From: Nitrospirota bacterium
GTDB taxonomy: Bacteria > Nitrospirota > UBA9217
Length of the DNA stretch: 64,000 nucleotides
Reading direction: 5' to 3'
NCBI GenBank assembly: GCA_963741205.1
Contig: CAVUHW010000006.1
Span: 64,001-128,000 of the forward strand
Shown here one piece after another: positions 1-9,510 of this stretch. The notes beneath the pieces were generated by a model. It was not told where the DNA came from. It saw only the letters and a list, made by a program, of their open reading frames with translations, and did no database searches. Position 1 is the stretch's first letter. Each line of letters opens with the position of its first letter. The translations under genes and the position numbers were made by a program.

Positions 1-1350
1 CTGCTCGTGGTTCTTTCCTCCGGCCTGCTTTCCGCCTTGTTTGTGAATGATACGATATGTCTGCTTTACACCCCGATCATCCTTGAAGTAACGGCGCAAC
101 TCGGGGTGCGCCCCATGCCGTATCTACTCGCGCTCGCAACGTCGTCGAATGTTGGGAGCGTCATGACCGTCACGGGCAATCCGCAAAACATGTTGATCGG
201 CATCTATTCGAAAATTCCCTACCTCTCTTTCCTCGGCCACCTGTTTCCCGTCGCGCTCGCCGGCCTCGCCGCTTGTGTTGCGGTGATTTGGTTCACGTAC
301 CGGCGGGAGATGAGGAATGTCGGCTTTCCGGCACGACCGACGACGCCCCCCTATCAGGTGAAAAAGGCATTGCTCGTCAAATCACTGCTCGTATGCGCAG
401 CCGTGCTCGTTTCTTTCTCCCTTGGGCACGCCTATTCACTTGTGGCGGCGGTGGGCGCCGTGGTTCTGCTGCTCATCGGCAGGGTGCGCACGGAGCGGAT
501 CCTGGAAGGAGTTGACTGGACGCTCCTGTTGTTCTTCTCGGGTCTGTTTGTTGTGATGCACGGGGTGGAGACGTCGGGCCTGGCCGCAGCCGTGATCGGG
601 AAGGCCGGTGACCTCGCGTCGCTCTCACCCTTCTGGCAGATAGCCGGGTTGTCGTCGGTAGCGGTCGTCCTCTCGAACCTGGTGAGCAATGTTCCCGCGG
701 TAATGCTGCTTAAGCCGCTCACGCAGTCGCTGGGAGGCGGCCATGCCGCCTGGCTGGCCCTGGCCATGAGCAGCACCCTTGCGGGCAACCTCACCTTGAT
801 CGGGTCCGTCGCGAACCTGATCGTCGCGCAGCAGGCAGGAAGGCGCGTAGAGATCGGGTTCATGGAATATCTCCGGGTCGGCGCGCTCATAACGATCATT
901 TCCGTCACCGTCGGGATCCTGGTCCTTTCAGCCGAAGTCCATCTGGCCCATGGCGCGGAAGCAGCCGCTGCCGAGACCGGAGCGCCGCCGAAGACAATCA
1001 CTATTACGCCCGCCGATCATGCGTCCGCCCCTCAGAAGTACCGCATCGTGCTCCTTTGCGATACTCCGTTTTCCCGCGAACGTGGTCTTCAGGGTTTTCG
1101 CCAGTTAAAACGAGCCGAATCGGCCCTGTTCGTTTTCCAAAAGCCGGAAGCAGTGACGTTCTGGATGGGGAGTGTCGATTATCCGATCGACATCATCTTT
1201 GTCGGCCCCAACAGGAAAGTCGTCCGGGTTTACGCGAACTGCCGGCCCGGGAGCCTGGAATACTATCCCTCGACAGCGCCGGTTCAATGGGTGATCGAGA
1301 CCGCAGCAGGTTCCGGGATCAAGGCCGGGGATGTGGCGAGCTTTCAGTAG
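1..1350 (+). CDS. ArsB/NhaD (YbiR-like) anion permease fused to a C-terminal DUF192 domain; 5' end lies outside the window
   Basis: Permease motifs LFVNDT, SNVGSVMTVTGNPQN, DWTLLLFF, SNLVSNVPAV and AGNLTLIGSVAN. The tail DTPFSRERGL...FWMGSVDYPIDIIFV...VIETAAG resembles DUF192. Confidence 0.8.
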   Translation: MLVVLSSGLLSALFVNDTICLLYTPIILEVTAQLGVRPMPYLLALATSSNVGSVMTVTGNPQNMLIGIYSKIPYLSFLGHLFPVALAGLAACVAVIWFTYRREMRNVGFPARPTTPPYQVKKALLVKSLLVCAAVLVSFSLGHAYSLVAAVGAVVLLLIGRVRTERILEGVDWTLLLFFSGLFVVMHGVETSGLAAAVIGKAGDLASLSPFWQIAGLSSVAVVLSNLVSNVPAVMLLKPLTQSLGGGHAAWLALAMSSTLAGNLTLIGSVANLIVAQQAGRRVEIGFMEYLRVGALITIISVTVGILVLSAEVHLAHGAEAAAAETGAPPKTITITPADHASAPQKYRIVLLCDTPFSRERGLQGFRQLKRAESALFVFQKPEAVTFWMGSVDYPIDIIFVGPNRKVVRVYANCRPGSLEYYPSTAPVQWVIETAAGSGIKAGDVASFQ

Positions 1351-1532
1351 CTCGCGGATTTCCGGTTAACGCTTGCGAAAGTCAAAAAAGAGACTGGCAA
1401 TCGGCGTTGAATCTTCCCCTGACCCAACCCCTCCTTCAATAATTCTTGTTTTTCCGAATTCCATTGTTTATAATGATCGTTCCACGTTGGACTTGATACA
1501 AAACTTTACCCCGTGATCTGGAGGTTTTTCGT

Positions 1533-1874
1533 ATGCCGATTTATGAATATGAATGCGGAAGCTGCGGCGGACGATTCGATGTCAGCCGGAAGTTCAGTGA
1601 TCCGGCCGATACCGTCTGCGTCCTGTGCAATGCCGCTAACGTCAAAAAGGTGCTGTCGACGCCGGCCTTCATGCTGAAGGGCGGCGGCTGGTACGCCACG
1701 GATTACCCGTCGGCGGACAGGAAACAGGGGAGCGAGGCGGACAGGAAACAGGGGGGCGAGGCGGACAGGAAACAGGGGGGTGAAACAGAAAAGACCGCCG
1801 CTGACCCGAAGCCGGCGGCAGGCTGCGCCAAAGGCGCCTGCGCTGGGACATGTCCTTCCAAGGGCCCGGCTTGA
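1533..1874 (+). CDS. FmdB-family zinc-ribbon regulatory protein
   Basis: MPIYEYECxxC...CxxC...LKGGGWYATDY signature; GGAGG RBS upstream. Confidence 0.9.
   Translation: MPIYEYECGSCGGRFDVSRKFSDPADTVCVLCNAANVKKVLSTPAFMLKGGGWYATDYPSADRKQGSEADRKQGGEADRKQGGETEKTAADPKPAAGCAKGACAGTCPSKGPA
1713..1784 (+). repeat. 24-bp tandem repeat x3 in the FmdB tail (ADRKQG[S/G]E)
   Basis: gcggacaggaaacaggggagcgag / gcggacaggaaacaggggggcgag / gcggacaggaaacaggggggtgaa. Confidence 0.9.
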
Positions 1875-2665
1875 TGGAACCGATCCACATTCACATCCCC
1901 TATCCCAAGCTGAAGGACTTTTTTAAAATGGTCCGTATCCGCCGCTATGACCTGGAGATTTATTTCTCGGCGGCCGTCCTCGACCAGATCGAAAGGCACG
2001 ATCTCGAGAGTCTTTTAGAGCAACTCGATTGGGGCCCCAAACTGACGCTCCATGCACCCTTCATGGATTTAAATCCCGGGGCCATGGATCCCATGGTGCG
2101 TTCGGTTACCCAGGTCCGGTACCGCCAGCTCCTGAACGTCGCGGCCATCCTCAAGCCGCGCGCCGCGGTGTTCCACGCCGCGTATGACCGGTGGCGGTAC
2201 AGCGGCAGGAAAGACGTCTGGCTCGACAACAGCCTCGAGACATGGCGGAAGGTGATGGAGTCGGCGTCGAAGACAGGTTTACGCGTGGCCGTGGAAAACG
2301 TGTTTGACGACGACCCCGAAGCGCTTCTCATGCTCATCGAGAAAATCGACAGCCCTGACTTCGGGTTCTGTTTCGATACGGGCCACTTCAACCTCTTCTC
2401 CTCGGTCCCGATGGAACGATGGTTCGAAACCCTCGGCCGCCGCCTCATCGAAGTTCACCTGCACGACAACGACGGCACCGCCGATTCCCACTGGGCGCCG
2501 GGCCGGGGGACGGTCAAATTTGAAAAATTTTTCAGCTTGATGAAGGCGCACTCGCCCATGCCGGTCTTCACCATCGAGGCGCATGACAAGGAAGATATCG
2601 AGAGGAGTCTCGGTCGGGTGAGGGGACTCATCACAACCGGGCTTCTGCCGCCCGCCTCCCCGTAA
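1874..2665 (+). CDS. Sugar-phosphate isomerase/epimerase (xylose isomerase-like / AP-endonuclease-2 TIM barrel)
   Basis: TLHAPFMDLN, VENV, CFDTGH, HLHDNDG..DSH and TIE metal-binding motifs; TGATG overlap with the upstream stop. Confidence 0.85.
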   Translation: MEPIHIHIPYPKLKDFFKMVRIRRYDLEIYFSAAVLDQIERHDLESLLEQLDWGPKLTLHAPFMDLNPGAMDPMVRSVTQVRYRQLLNVAAILKPRAAVFHAAYDRWRYSGRKDVWLDNSLETWRKVMESASKTGLRVAVENVFDDDPEALLMLIEKIDSPDFGFCFDTGHFNLFSSVPMERWFETLGRRLIEVHLHDNDGTADSHWAPGRGTVKFEKFFSLMKAHSPMPVFTIEAHDKEDIERSLGRVRGLITTGLLPPASP

Positions 2666-2739
2666 GCGCCCAACCGGCCGGGGCAATGGCATTGGGCAGG
2701 ATTCACGAAAATCTCTCATTCGATGAAGGAATGTTTATC

Positions 2740-2768
2740 TTGACACCCATCTGTGGTTCGCATAGACT
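2740..2768 (+). promoter_or_regulatory. sigma70 promoter, probably giving a leaderless mRNA for the TPR gene
   Basis: TTGACA-17bp-TAGACT; ATG 7 nt downstream with no SD. Confidence 0.6.
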
Positions 2769-2775
2769 TAAGCTC

Positions 2776-4525
2776 ATGAAAAAATTTTACCGGGTTTTCG
2801 TATTCCTGATTTTTTCCGCTTCCTGCGCGGCCCTTCCGGCGCGCATGCCTGATACGACGATGGAACGCGCCAGCTCCGAAGACCGGACCCAGGCCGATGC
2901 CTATTATCACTTCATGGTCGCCAGCATGCTTGAGCAGGAGGGTAATCTTGACAAGGCGATGAGCGAGTATGAACAGGCATTCGCCCTGGACCCGAAGTCG
3001 GCCGAGACGGCGTTCTCGCTTGCGTCCCTGTCGCTGCGCAAGGGCCACACCGACCAGGCGGCCCGCTACGCGCAGAAGGCCATAGAACTCCAGCCCGATA
3101 AGACGCAGGCGCTTATGCTGCTGGCCGGCATCTATACGAGCACGAAGAAGTATGATGACGCGATCTCCACCTATCGCCGGGTGATCGCCATCGACCCGAA
3201 GGCAGGAGGAAGCCTACCTTTACCTCGGTTCGCTTTTCGCCTCGCTCAAACGTTATGACGAGGCGATCTCAACGTTCCGCTCCATCGAGAAGGTCAATCC
3301 CAATTCCGTCACTGCGCCGTATTACATAGGCAGGATCTACCTGGAGCGGCAGATGTACGCCGAGGCGCTCGCCGAATTCAAGCGTGCGGCCTCACTGCAC
3401 GACGGCTTCGAACCTGCCTACACGAGCATCGGGCTGGTCTATGAGCTCATGGACAAGGTCCCCGAAGCGATCGAAGCATACAAGAAGGCCATTGCCATTA
3501 ATCCCCACGATATCGAGGTCCTGCAGCACTTGGGACAGCTCCACATTCAGCAGAACGACCTCGACAGCGCTCTGGAGGAGTTCAAACAGGTAGTCGCCTC
3601 GGACGCCCACAACTACGATGCCCTGGCCAAGATTGGCCTCATTTACGCAGAGAAGAAAAAGTACGGAGAGGCCCTTCAGGCCTTCAAGGCCGTTGCGCAG
3701 GGGGTACCGGGCGACCTGAAGATCAGGCATTACGTGGCCTCGACTCTGGTGGCGCTGGAACGGTACAGCGAGGCGCTTCAGGAATACAAAACCATTCTTG
3801 CGGCGTCGCCGGAGGACACCGATGTCGTCCTTCAAATCGCCTACCTCTACGCGCAGATGGGCAAGACCAGCGAAGCCGTCCCGTTCCTTGAAAAGGCGCT
3901 CGCCGAACAGCCGGGAAAACCCGAACTCTACCTCTACCTTGCCAATGCTTATCTGGACACGGAACAATACGGGCGGGCTGTTGATACGTTGAAGCAAGGG
4001 ATTGAACTTGCGCCGGACCGCGATGACCTGCTATTCACCCTCGCCATAGCCTACGAAAAGCAGGGCAACCGGGAAGCGATGGTTGTCGCGCTCAAAAAGG
4101 CCATCGAGTTGAAACCGGACAATGCCGAGGCGCTGAACTACCTGGGATATTCTTACGCCGAAAAAGGTGAAAATCTGGACGAGGCAATCAGGCTTATCAA
4201 GCGAGCCCTCGAGGTCAAGCCGGACAGCGGTTACATCCTCGACAGCCTCGCCTGGGCCTACTATCAGAAGGGCCGGTTGAACGACGCGCTGGAGGTCATG
4301 AAAAAGGCGGTCTCGCACGTAGGGGAAGACCCTGTCATGCGCGAACACTACGGCGACATCTACTTGAAGCTGTCCCAAAAGGACAAGGCCCGTGAACAGT
4401 GGCTCAAGTCTCTTGAACTGGACCCCGGGAACCGGAATCTCCGGGATCGATTCAGGGCGATGGGGTTTGGGGACCCCGATGAGCTGCTCAAGAATGCGAG
4501 CCCGAAGAATAAAAGCAAGAAGTGA
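2776..4525 (+). CDS. TPR-repeat lipoprotein (LbcA/PA4667-like), split by a frameshift near 3200 (probable sequencing indel)
   Basis: Signal peptide with lipobox-like ASC; tandem TPRs across both ORF halves; ALNYLGYSYAE...ILDSLAWAYY; syntenic upstream of lolB-like and ispE. Confidence 0.8.
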
Positions 4526-5292
4526 AGATCACGCGATTCATCACCCTCATTCTCATTCCTCTCCTGTTCGCCTGCTCCCCCAAAAAACCGGAGGTGCCGC
4601 TTCTTGCCGCGCCCCCCGAACCGCTCCTTCGGGCCTTGGAACGGCACCGGCAGTCGTTTTCCGGTCTCAAGGCCCTCGCAAGCATCGAGATCGTGAAGGG
4701 AACCCGGAAGCGTACGCTCGATACGGTCGGCATCGTGGTTGACGGCGAGCGCCGTTTACGGATAGAGGCTTACGGCCCGTTGGGCCAATCCCTGTCGGCA
4801 ATTGTGTGGGACGGCCGGGAGATTCTCTTGCGCAGGCCGGGGGAAGAAAAGGTTGAGCGTCCCGGTCCGGAAGGACTGGAGAGGCTCTTTGGACGTGGGA
4901 TGGAACCGTCTGAATTATGCGCAGTGCTCTCAGGAAATATACCCGAAACGGGCGCTGCCGCTACGCTCTTGTGCGGCAAGGACGGAATGTGCGTCTTGGA
5001 GCTGCAAACCGGTGACAGCTTCCGGGAGGTCCGTATATCTTATCTCCCAGCGGAATCGGCGCGGGAGCCGCGTGTTCTTTCCTACGCGTTATACCGGGCA
5101 GGCAAATTGAAGTTCCAAGCCCATTTTGACCGGTACGTGGAAATTTCCCATTATGCTCTGCCCGTGCAGATCTCGGTCGAGAATCCGGACAAGAAGCTGC
5201 ACGTGACCGTGGTCTACAGCGAAGCCGAGGTGAACACGCCGATCAGCGACGATGCTTTTACCCTGACCGAACAGGGGAGCAGCAGCCGGTAA
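4522..5292 (+). CDS. LolB-like / DUF4292-type outer-membrane lipoprotein
   Basis: Lipobox LFAC; RLRIEAYGPLG beta-rich LolA/LolB-fold pattern; occupies the lolB position between the TPR gene and ispE. Confidence 0.6.
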   Translation: MKITRFITLILIPLLFACSPKKPEVPLLAAPPEPLLRALERHRQSFSGLKALASIEIVKGTRKRTLDTVGIVVDGERRLRIEAYGPLGQSLSAIVWDGREILLRRPGEEKVERPGPEGLERLFGRGMEPSELCAVLSGNIPETGAAATLLCGKDGMCVLELQTGDSFREVRISYLPAESAREPRVLSYALYRAGKLKFQAHFDRYVEISHYALPVQISVENPDKKLHVTVVYSEAEVNTPISDDAFTLTEQGSSSR

Positions 5293-5439
5293 TCACGAAC
5301 GTCGCAACAAGTTGAGTGTACCGCCCGATTTTTTCCCTGCGCTTCCTCTGCGGCGAAAAATCGGTTCCGCGGGTACTTCCGTAAATGGAGCAGGCAAATC
5401 AACTCAAAAAGAGTGATAAAATTGTAATAGAGGAGTGCG

Positions 5440-6307
5440 ATGAACGCGGTCACACTTCGGTCGCCGGCAAAGATAAATCTCTGCCTTCGGGTGTTGGGCA
5501 AACGGCCCGACGGATACCATGAGGTGGAGATGCTGATGCAGATGGTGGGGCTCTACGATGAGGTCACGGTGTCGTCGAGACGGAAGGGGCATCGAGGTGC
5601 GTTGCGATGCCGGCGATGTCCCGACACAGGAAGGCAATATTGCGTGGAAGGCCGCCCGCGAGCTTCTCAAAGAGGCCGGGAGCAGCGCCGGACTCGTTAT
5701 TGAGCTCAAAAAAAACATCCCTGTTGCGGCAGGGCTCGGCGGCGGGAGCGGGAATGCGGCGGCGGTAATCGTTGCGGCGAACCGGCTTCTCGGCCTCGGG
5801 TTCGGCCAGGAGCGGCTTGCTGAAATCGGCGCACGGGTGGGGATGGACGTTCCCTTCTTCTTTTTCGGACCGACGGCCATGGCCCGGGGAAGGGGAGAAA
5901 TCCTGACGTCCTTGCCTGCGGCGCCCCGCTTTTGGGTTCTGCTGGTCAATCCGGGGTTTGAGACCTCCACGGCGTGGGTGTATAAAAATATAAATTTGAG
6001 GTTGACAAAGAAAGTCGACTGTACTAAAATTGCACGGCTTACGGTCCGAAATATCGCCGAGGGGCTTCATAACGACCTCGAGGCCGTGACCGCGGCCGCT
6101 CACCCCGTTATCAAGAGGATTGAAGAGGCGCTCCTGGCCCAGCAGGCGCTGGGAGTGCGGATGAGCGGAAGCGGGCCGACGGTCTTCGGCATCTTTGAGA
6201 CCGAGTCCGCTTGCCGGGCTGCCGCAGCAAACCTCTCGGGCACGGGGTGGCGGTTCTTTCCGGCGGAGACACTGACCGAATCGCCGTTTGCGGAGCACCT
6301 GATGTGA
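5440..6307 (+). CDS. ispE: 4-diphosphocytidyl-2-C-methyl-D-erythritol kinase; frameshift near 5580
   Basis: SPAKINLCLRVLGKRPDGYHE, KNIPVAAGLGGGSGNAA, NDLE, MSGSGPTVF. Confidence 0.95.
6002..6030 (+). promoter_or_regulatory. Internal sigma70 promoter within ispE, probably driving spoVG/tRNA-Gln/prs
   Basis: TTGACA-17bp-TAAAAT preceded by an AT-rich UP-like tract inside a GC-rich CDS. Confidence 0.6.
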
Positions 6308-6381
6308 ACGAGGGCGCCGTCGGGTGTGACGGCGCGCCACCTCCAGCTGAAAAGCACGTTGACATCACGAGGAGGTAGCCT

Positions 6382-6684
6382 ATGGACGTTACAGAGGTGA
6401 GGGTATTTCCGGTCAATAACGAAGAGCGGCTCAAAGCATATGCGACCATAACGATTGATAACGTGTTTTTAATCCGGGACCTGCGGGTGATTAACGGGAA
6501 CGCCGGGTTGTTCGTGGCCATGCCGAGCCGGAAAATGAAGGACGGGACGTTCAAGGACATCGCCCATCCGCTGAACAGCGAGACGAGGCAGTTGATCGAA
6601 CAGAAGGTCCTTGCGGAATACGAGCGGGAATTGGCAAATCCCACGAAGAGAGAGCAGCCCCCGAAAGACGCCGAAACAAAGTAA
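6382..6684 (+). CDS. spoVG: SpoVG-family nucleic-acid-binding protein
   Basis: TEVRV...[39 protein letters not shown]; AGGAGG RBS. Confidence 0.95.
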   Translation: MDVTEVRVFPVNNEERLKAYATITIDNVFLIRDLRVINGNAGLFVAMPSRKMKDGTFKDIAHPLNSETRQLIEQKVLAEYERELANPTKREQPPKDAETK

Positions 6685-6725
6685 TTGAACGCTGTATTTT
6701 TTTGCCGATTCTGCATCGATGCGAG

Positions 6726-6750
6726 AGGATAGGCGCGCGCCTATCCTTTT
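6726..6750 (+). terminator. Hairpin plus T-run after spoVG
   Basis: Perfect palindrome aggataggcgcgcgcctatcct followed by ttt. Confidence 0.5.
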
Positions 6751-6795
6751 GATGTTTATTCGGTTGTCGAGCCTTGATGCGGCTTTAGCCCCCAT

Positions 6796-6869
6796 TCGGG
6801 GATCGTCTAATGGTAGGACAGAGGCCTTTGAAGCCTTTTATCGGGGTTCGACTCCCTGTCCCCGAACCA
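6796..6869 (+). tRNA. tRNA-Gln (TTG)
   Basis: Acceptor stem tcgggga/tccccga, anticodon arm gaggc-ctTTGaa-gcctt, T-loop ttcgact, encoded CCA. Confidence 0.95.
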
Positions 6870-6891
6870 GTGTGCTGAAGGAAGAGGTCCG

Positions 6892-7845
6892 ATGGTGAAA
6901 CTTCGAGGTCAAGAGATCAAGATTTTTTCCGGGAACGCCAACATAGCACTGGCGAAAGAGATCTGTCAGCGGATGAATCTTCCGCTCGGCAACGCCGTGG
7001 TCGGCCGATTTTCCGACGGCGAGATCAACGTGCAGATCGTGGATAATGTGCGCGGCATGGACGTGTTCGTGGTGCAGCCCACGTCGAGCCCGGTCAACCG
7101 GCATCTCATGGAACTGTTAATCATGATCGATGCGCTCAAACGGGCGTCGGCTGCGCGGATCACGGCCGTACTTCCCTACTACGGATACAGCAGGCAGGAT
7201 CGGAAGGTCCAGCCACGCGTCCCGATCACATCGAAGCTGGTTGCCGATCTGATCACCTCGGCCGGGGCGAACCGGGTGCTGACGGTGGACCTGCATGCGG
7301 GACAGATCCAGGGATTCTTCAACATTCCCGTGGACAATCTATTTGCCGCACCCGTACTCCTCGACTATCTCAAGGGAAAGAAGTTCAACAACCTGACGGT
7401 GATTTCGCCCGATGCCGGCGGCGTGGAGCGCGCCCGGGCCTTTGCCAAGCGGCTCGGCGCGGCGCTCGCGATCATCGACAAGCGGCGGGACAAGCCGAAC
7501 GTCGCCCAGGTCATGCACATCATCGGCGACGTCAAAGGGCACGACTGCCTGCTTTTGGACGATATGGTGGACACGGCCGGCACCCTCACGGAGGGCGCAG
7601 GGGCGCTCAAGGCGAACGGGGCAGGCAACATCTACGCGGCCTGTACGCATGCGGTGCTCTCCGGTCCGGCCATCCAGCGGCTGAATGAGTCTCCGCTTGC
7701 CGAGCTGATCACCACGAACACCATCTCGCTCGACAGCAAACGGCAGGAATGCAAAAAGCTGATGGTCCTCTCCGTCGCGCCGCTCCTCGCGGAGGCGATC
7801 ACGAGGATCCACGAGGAAACATCGCTCAGTTCGCTGTTCGTGTAG
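6892..7845 (+). CDS. prs: Ribose-phosphate pyrophosphokinase
   Basis: FSDGE, PYYGYSRQDRK, DLHAGQIQGFF, SPDAGG, DDMVDTAGT. Confidence 0.97.
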   Translation: MVKLRGQEIKIFSGNANIALAKEICQRMNLPLGNAVVGRFSDGEINVQIVDNVRGMDVFVVQPTSSPVNRHLMELLIMIDALKRASAARITAVLPYYGYSRQDRKVQPRVPITSKLVADLITSAGANRVLTVDLHAGQIQGFFNIPVDNLFAAPVLLDYLKGKKFNNLTVISPDAGGVERARAFAKRLGAALAIIDKRRDKPNVAQVMHIIGDVKGHDCLLLDDMVDTAGTLTEGAGALKANGAGNIYAACTHAVLSGPAIQRLNESPLAELITTNTISLDSKRQECKKLMVLSVAPLLAEAITRIHEETSLSSLFV

Positions 7846-7950
7846 CGGAAAAAGATTACTACGAAGTCATCCCCGATTATATCATTCGGGGACAGGCGTT
7901 GAATCGGGGAAGTTGACACATGATGCTTTATTAACTGTATCGGAGGAGAA

Positions 7951-8717
7951 ATGGAAAAGATCGCATTAACAGCGCAGGTCAGGGAAAAGGTCGGCAAGGG
8001 TGTCGCCCGGGGCCTGAGAAGGAACCAGATGGTGCCGGCGGTGCTGTACAGCCACGGCAAGTCCACGCCCATAGCGATGGGCAATAAGGACGTAACGAAG
8101 ATCCTCAATACCGAGGGCGGAGAGCACGCGCTCATCAGCCTCAGACTCGAGGGCGGCAAGGACGGGGCGGAGAAGATTGCACTGATCAAGGACTACCAGA
8201 TCGATCCCACGAGCGGCAAGCTCATCCATGTCGATCTCATGGAAGTGGCGATGAACGAGAAGGTAAAGATCCCGGTCGCTGTCCACATCGTAGGTACGGC
8301 CGTGGGTGTGAAGGAAGGCGGTATCTTCCAGTACGGCCTCCGGACGCTTGAGATCGAATGCACGCCGAACCTGATCCCCGACTCCATCGAGGTCAATATC
8401 TCGGAGCTCAAGATCAATGAGTCGCTCCATGTGCGGGACATCAAGGCGGCGGAAGGCATCAGGATCCTGACCGACGGCGACTCGACGGTCGCAACGATCC
8501 AGCCGCCGATTTCCGAGGCCAAGCTCGAGGCCATGCTGACCGCGACTCCGGCCGTTGCGGCCGAAGCCGGAGAGCCCGAACTCGTCAAGAAGCCGAAGAA
8601 GGAAGGCGAAGCGGCCGCTGCTCCGGCTGCCGAGGCCCGAAGGGCAAGGAAGGGGCGAAGGAAGCAGCTCCCAAGAAGGAAGCAGCTCCCAAGAAGGAAG
8701 CAGCCCCCAAGAAGTAA
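7951..8717 (+). CDS. rplY: 50S ribosomal protein L25/Ctc (long form); homopolymer frameshift near 8637, true stop TAA at 8715-8717
   Basis: REKVGKGVARGLRR..MVPAVLY, HVDLMEV, GVKEGG; adding one C restores the tail KEAAPKKEAAPKKEAAPKK*. Confidence 0.92.
8658..8711 (+). repeat. 18-bp tandem repeat x3 encoding KEAAPK in the L25 tail
   Basis: aaggaagcagctcccaag x2 plus aaggaagcagcccccaag. Confidence 0.9.
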
Positions 8718-8746
8718 GACCACGCGCGCTGATCTCCGGGCATTGA

Positions 8747-9310
8747 ATGAAAATCATCATCGGCCTCGGAAACCCGGGCAGAAAGTACGAGCGGACGCGC
8801 CACAACGCCGGTTTCATGGCCGCCGACGAGCTTGCAAAGTCACTGCGGGTTGATATCGTACAGGAAAAAAACCTCGCGCTCATCGGCAGGGTCCGGATCG
8901 ATTCCGAAGAAACCGTCCTGGCCAAGCCGCAGACGTATATGAACGAGAGCGGAAGGGCCGTGGCCGCGATCGCGAGGAGCGTCTATGCCGTTGCCTCCGA
9001 CCTCATCGTGATCCACGACGAGCTGGATCTTCCGCTCGGGTCCGTGCGCGTGAAGATCGGCGGGGGCCACGGCGGTCACAACGGACTCCGTTCCATCATC
9101 GAGCATCTGGGGTCATCTGATTTCGTCAGGGTACGCATCGGGATCGGCAGGCCAGCGGCGGGCATGGATGCAGCCGATTATGTGCTGAGCCCGTTTCTTG
9201 CGGAGGAGAAAAAACCGCTGTCCGACGTGATGACGCAGGGCGGGGAAACGGTCAAGGCAATTGTCCTGGAAGGCCCCGCGCGGGCCATGAACATGTTCAA
9301 TCAGCGATAG
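8747..9310 (+). CDS. pth: Peptidyl-tRNA hydrolase
   Basis: GLGNPG..Y..TRHNAGF, KPQTYMNESG, HDELD, GGHGGHNGLRS. Confidence 0.97.
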   Translation: MKIIIGLGNPGRKYERTRHNAGFMAADELAKSLRVDIVQEKNLALIGRVRIDSEETVLAKPQTYMNESGRAVAAIARSVYAVASDLIVIHDELDLPLGSVRVKIGGGHGGHNGLRSIIEHLGSSDFVRVRIGIGRPAAGMDAADYVLSPFLAEEKKPLSDVMTQGGETVKAIVLEGPARAMNMFNQR

Positions 9311-9330
9311 CCGCACCTTTCAGGGTGCGT
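9307..9330 (+). repeat. Single GTAG-type REP-like palindrome overlapping the pth stop
   Basis: atagccgcacctttcagggtgcg closely matches the REPs at 58077 and 58149. Confidence 0.65.
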
Positions 9331-9345
9331 TCTTCATTCCTTGAG

Positions 9346-9395
9346 AACAAGCCCGGACCTGAAGGACCATTCCGACAGCTCCGGGTTTTTTGTTG
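9346..9395 (+). terminator. Long bulged hairpin plus U-tract after pth
   Basis: gcccgga-c-ctg-aa-gga(ccat)tcc-ga-cag-c-tccgggt followed by ttttt. Confidence 0.55.
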
Positions 9396-9510
9396 CTAAA
9401 ACACCGGCAAGATTTATAAAAGCGGATGAAGAAGAATTAAGACAATATTTTTTCTCGACGTGCTCATTTGCGGGCATATCGATTCGTTGGATGTAAGAAG
9501 GAGTTTTCTC

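Noticed and set aside
8620-8853. Arg-rich extension or programmed frameshift of L25 overlapping pth
   Set aside because: One missing C in a homopolymer restores a normal KEAAPK tail; no slippery-site evidence.
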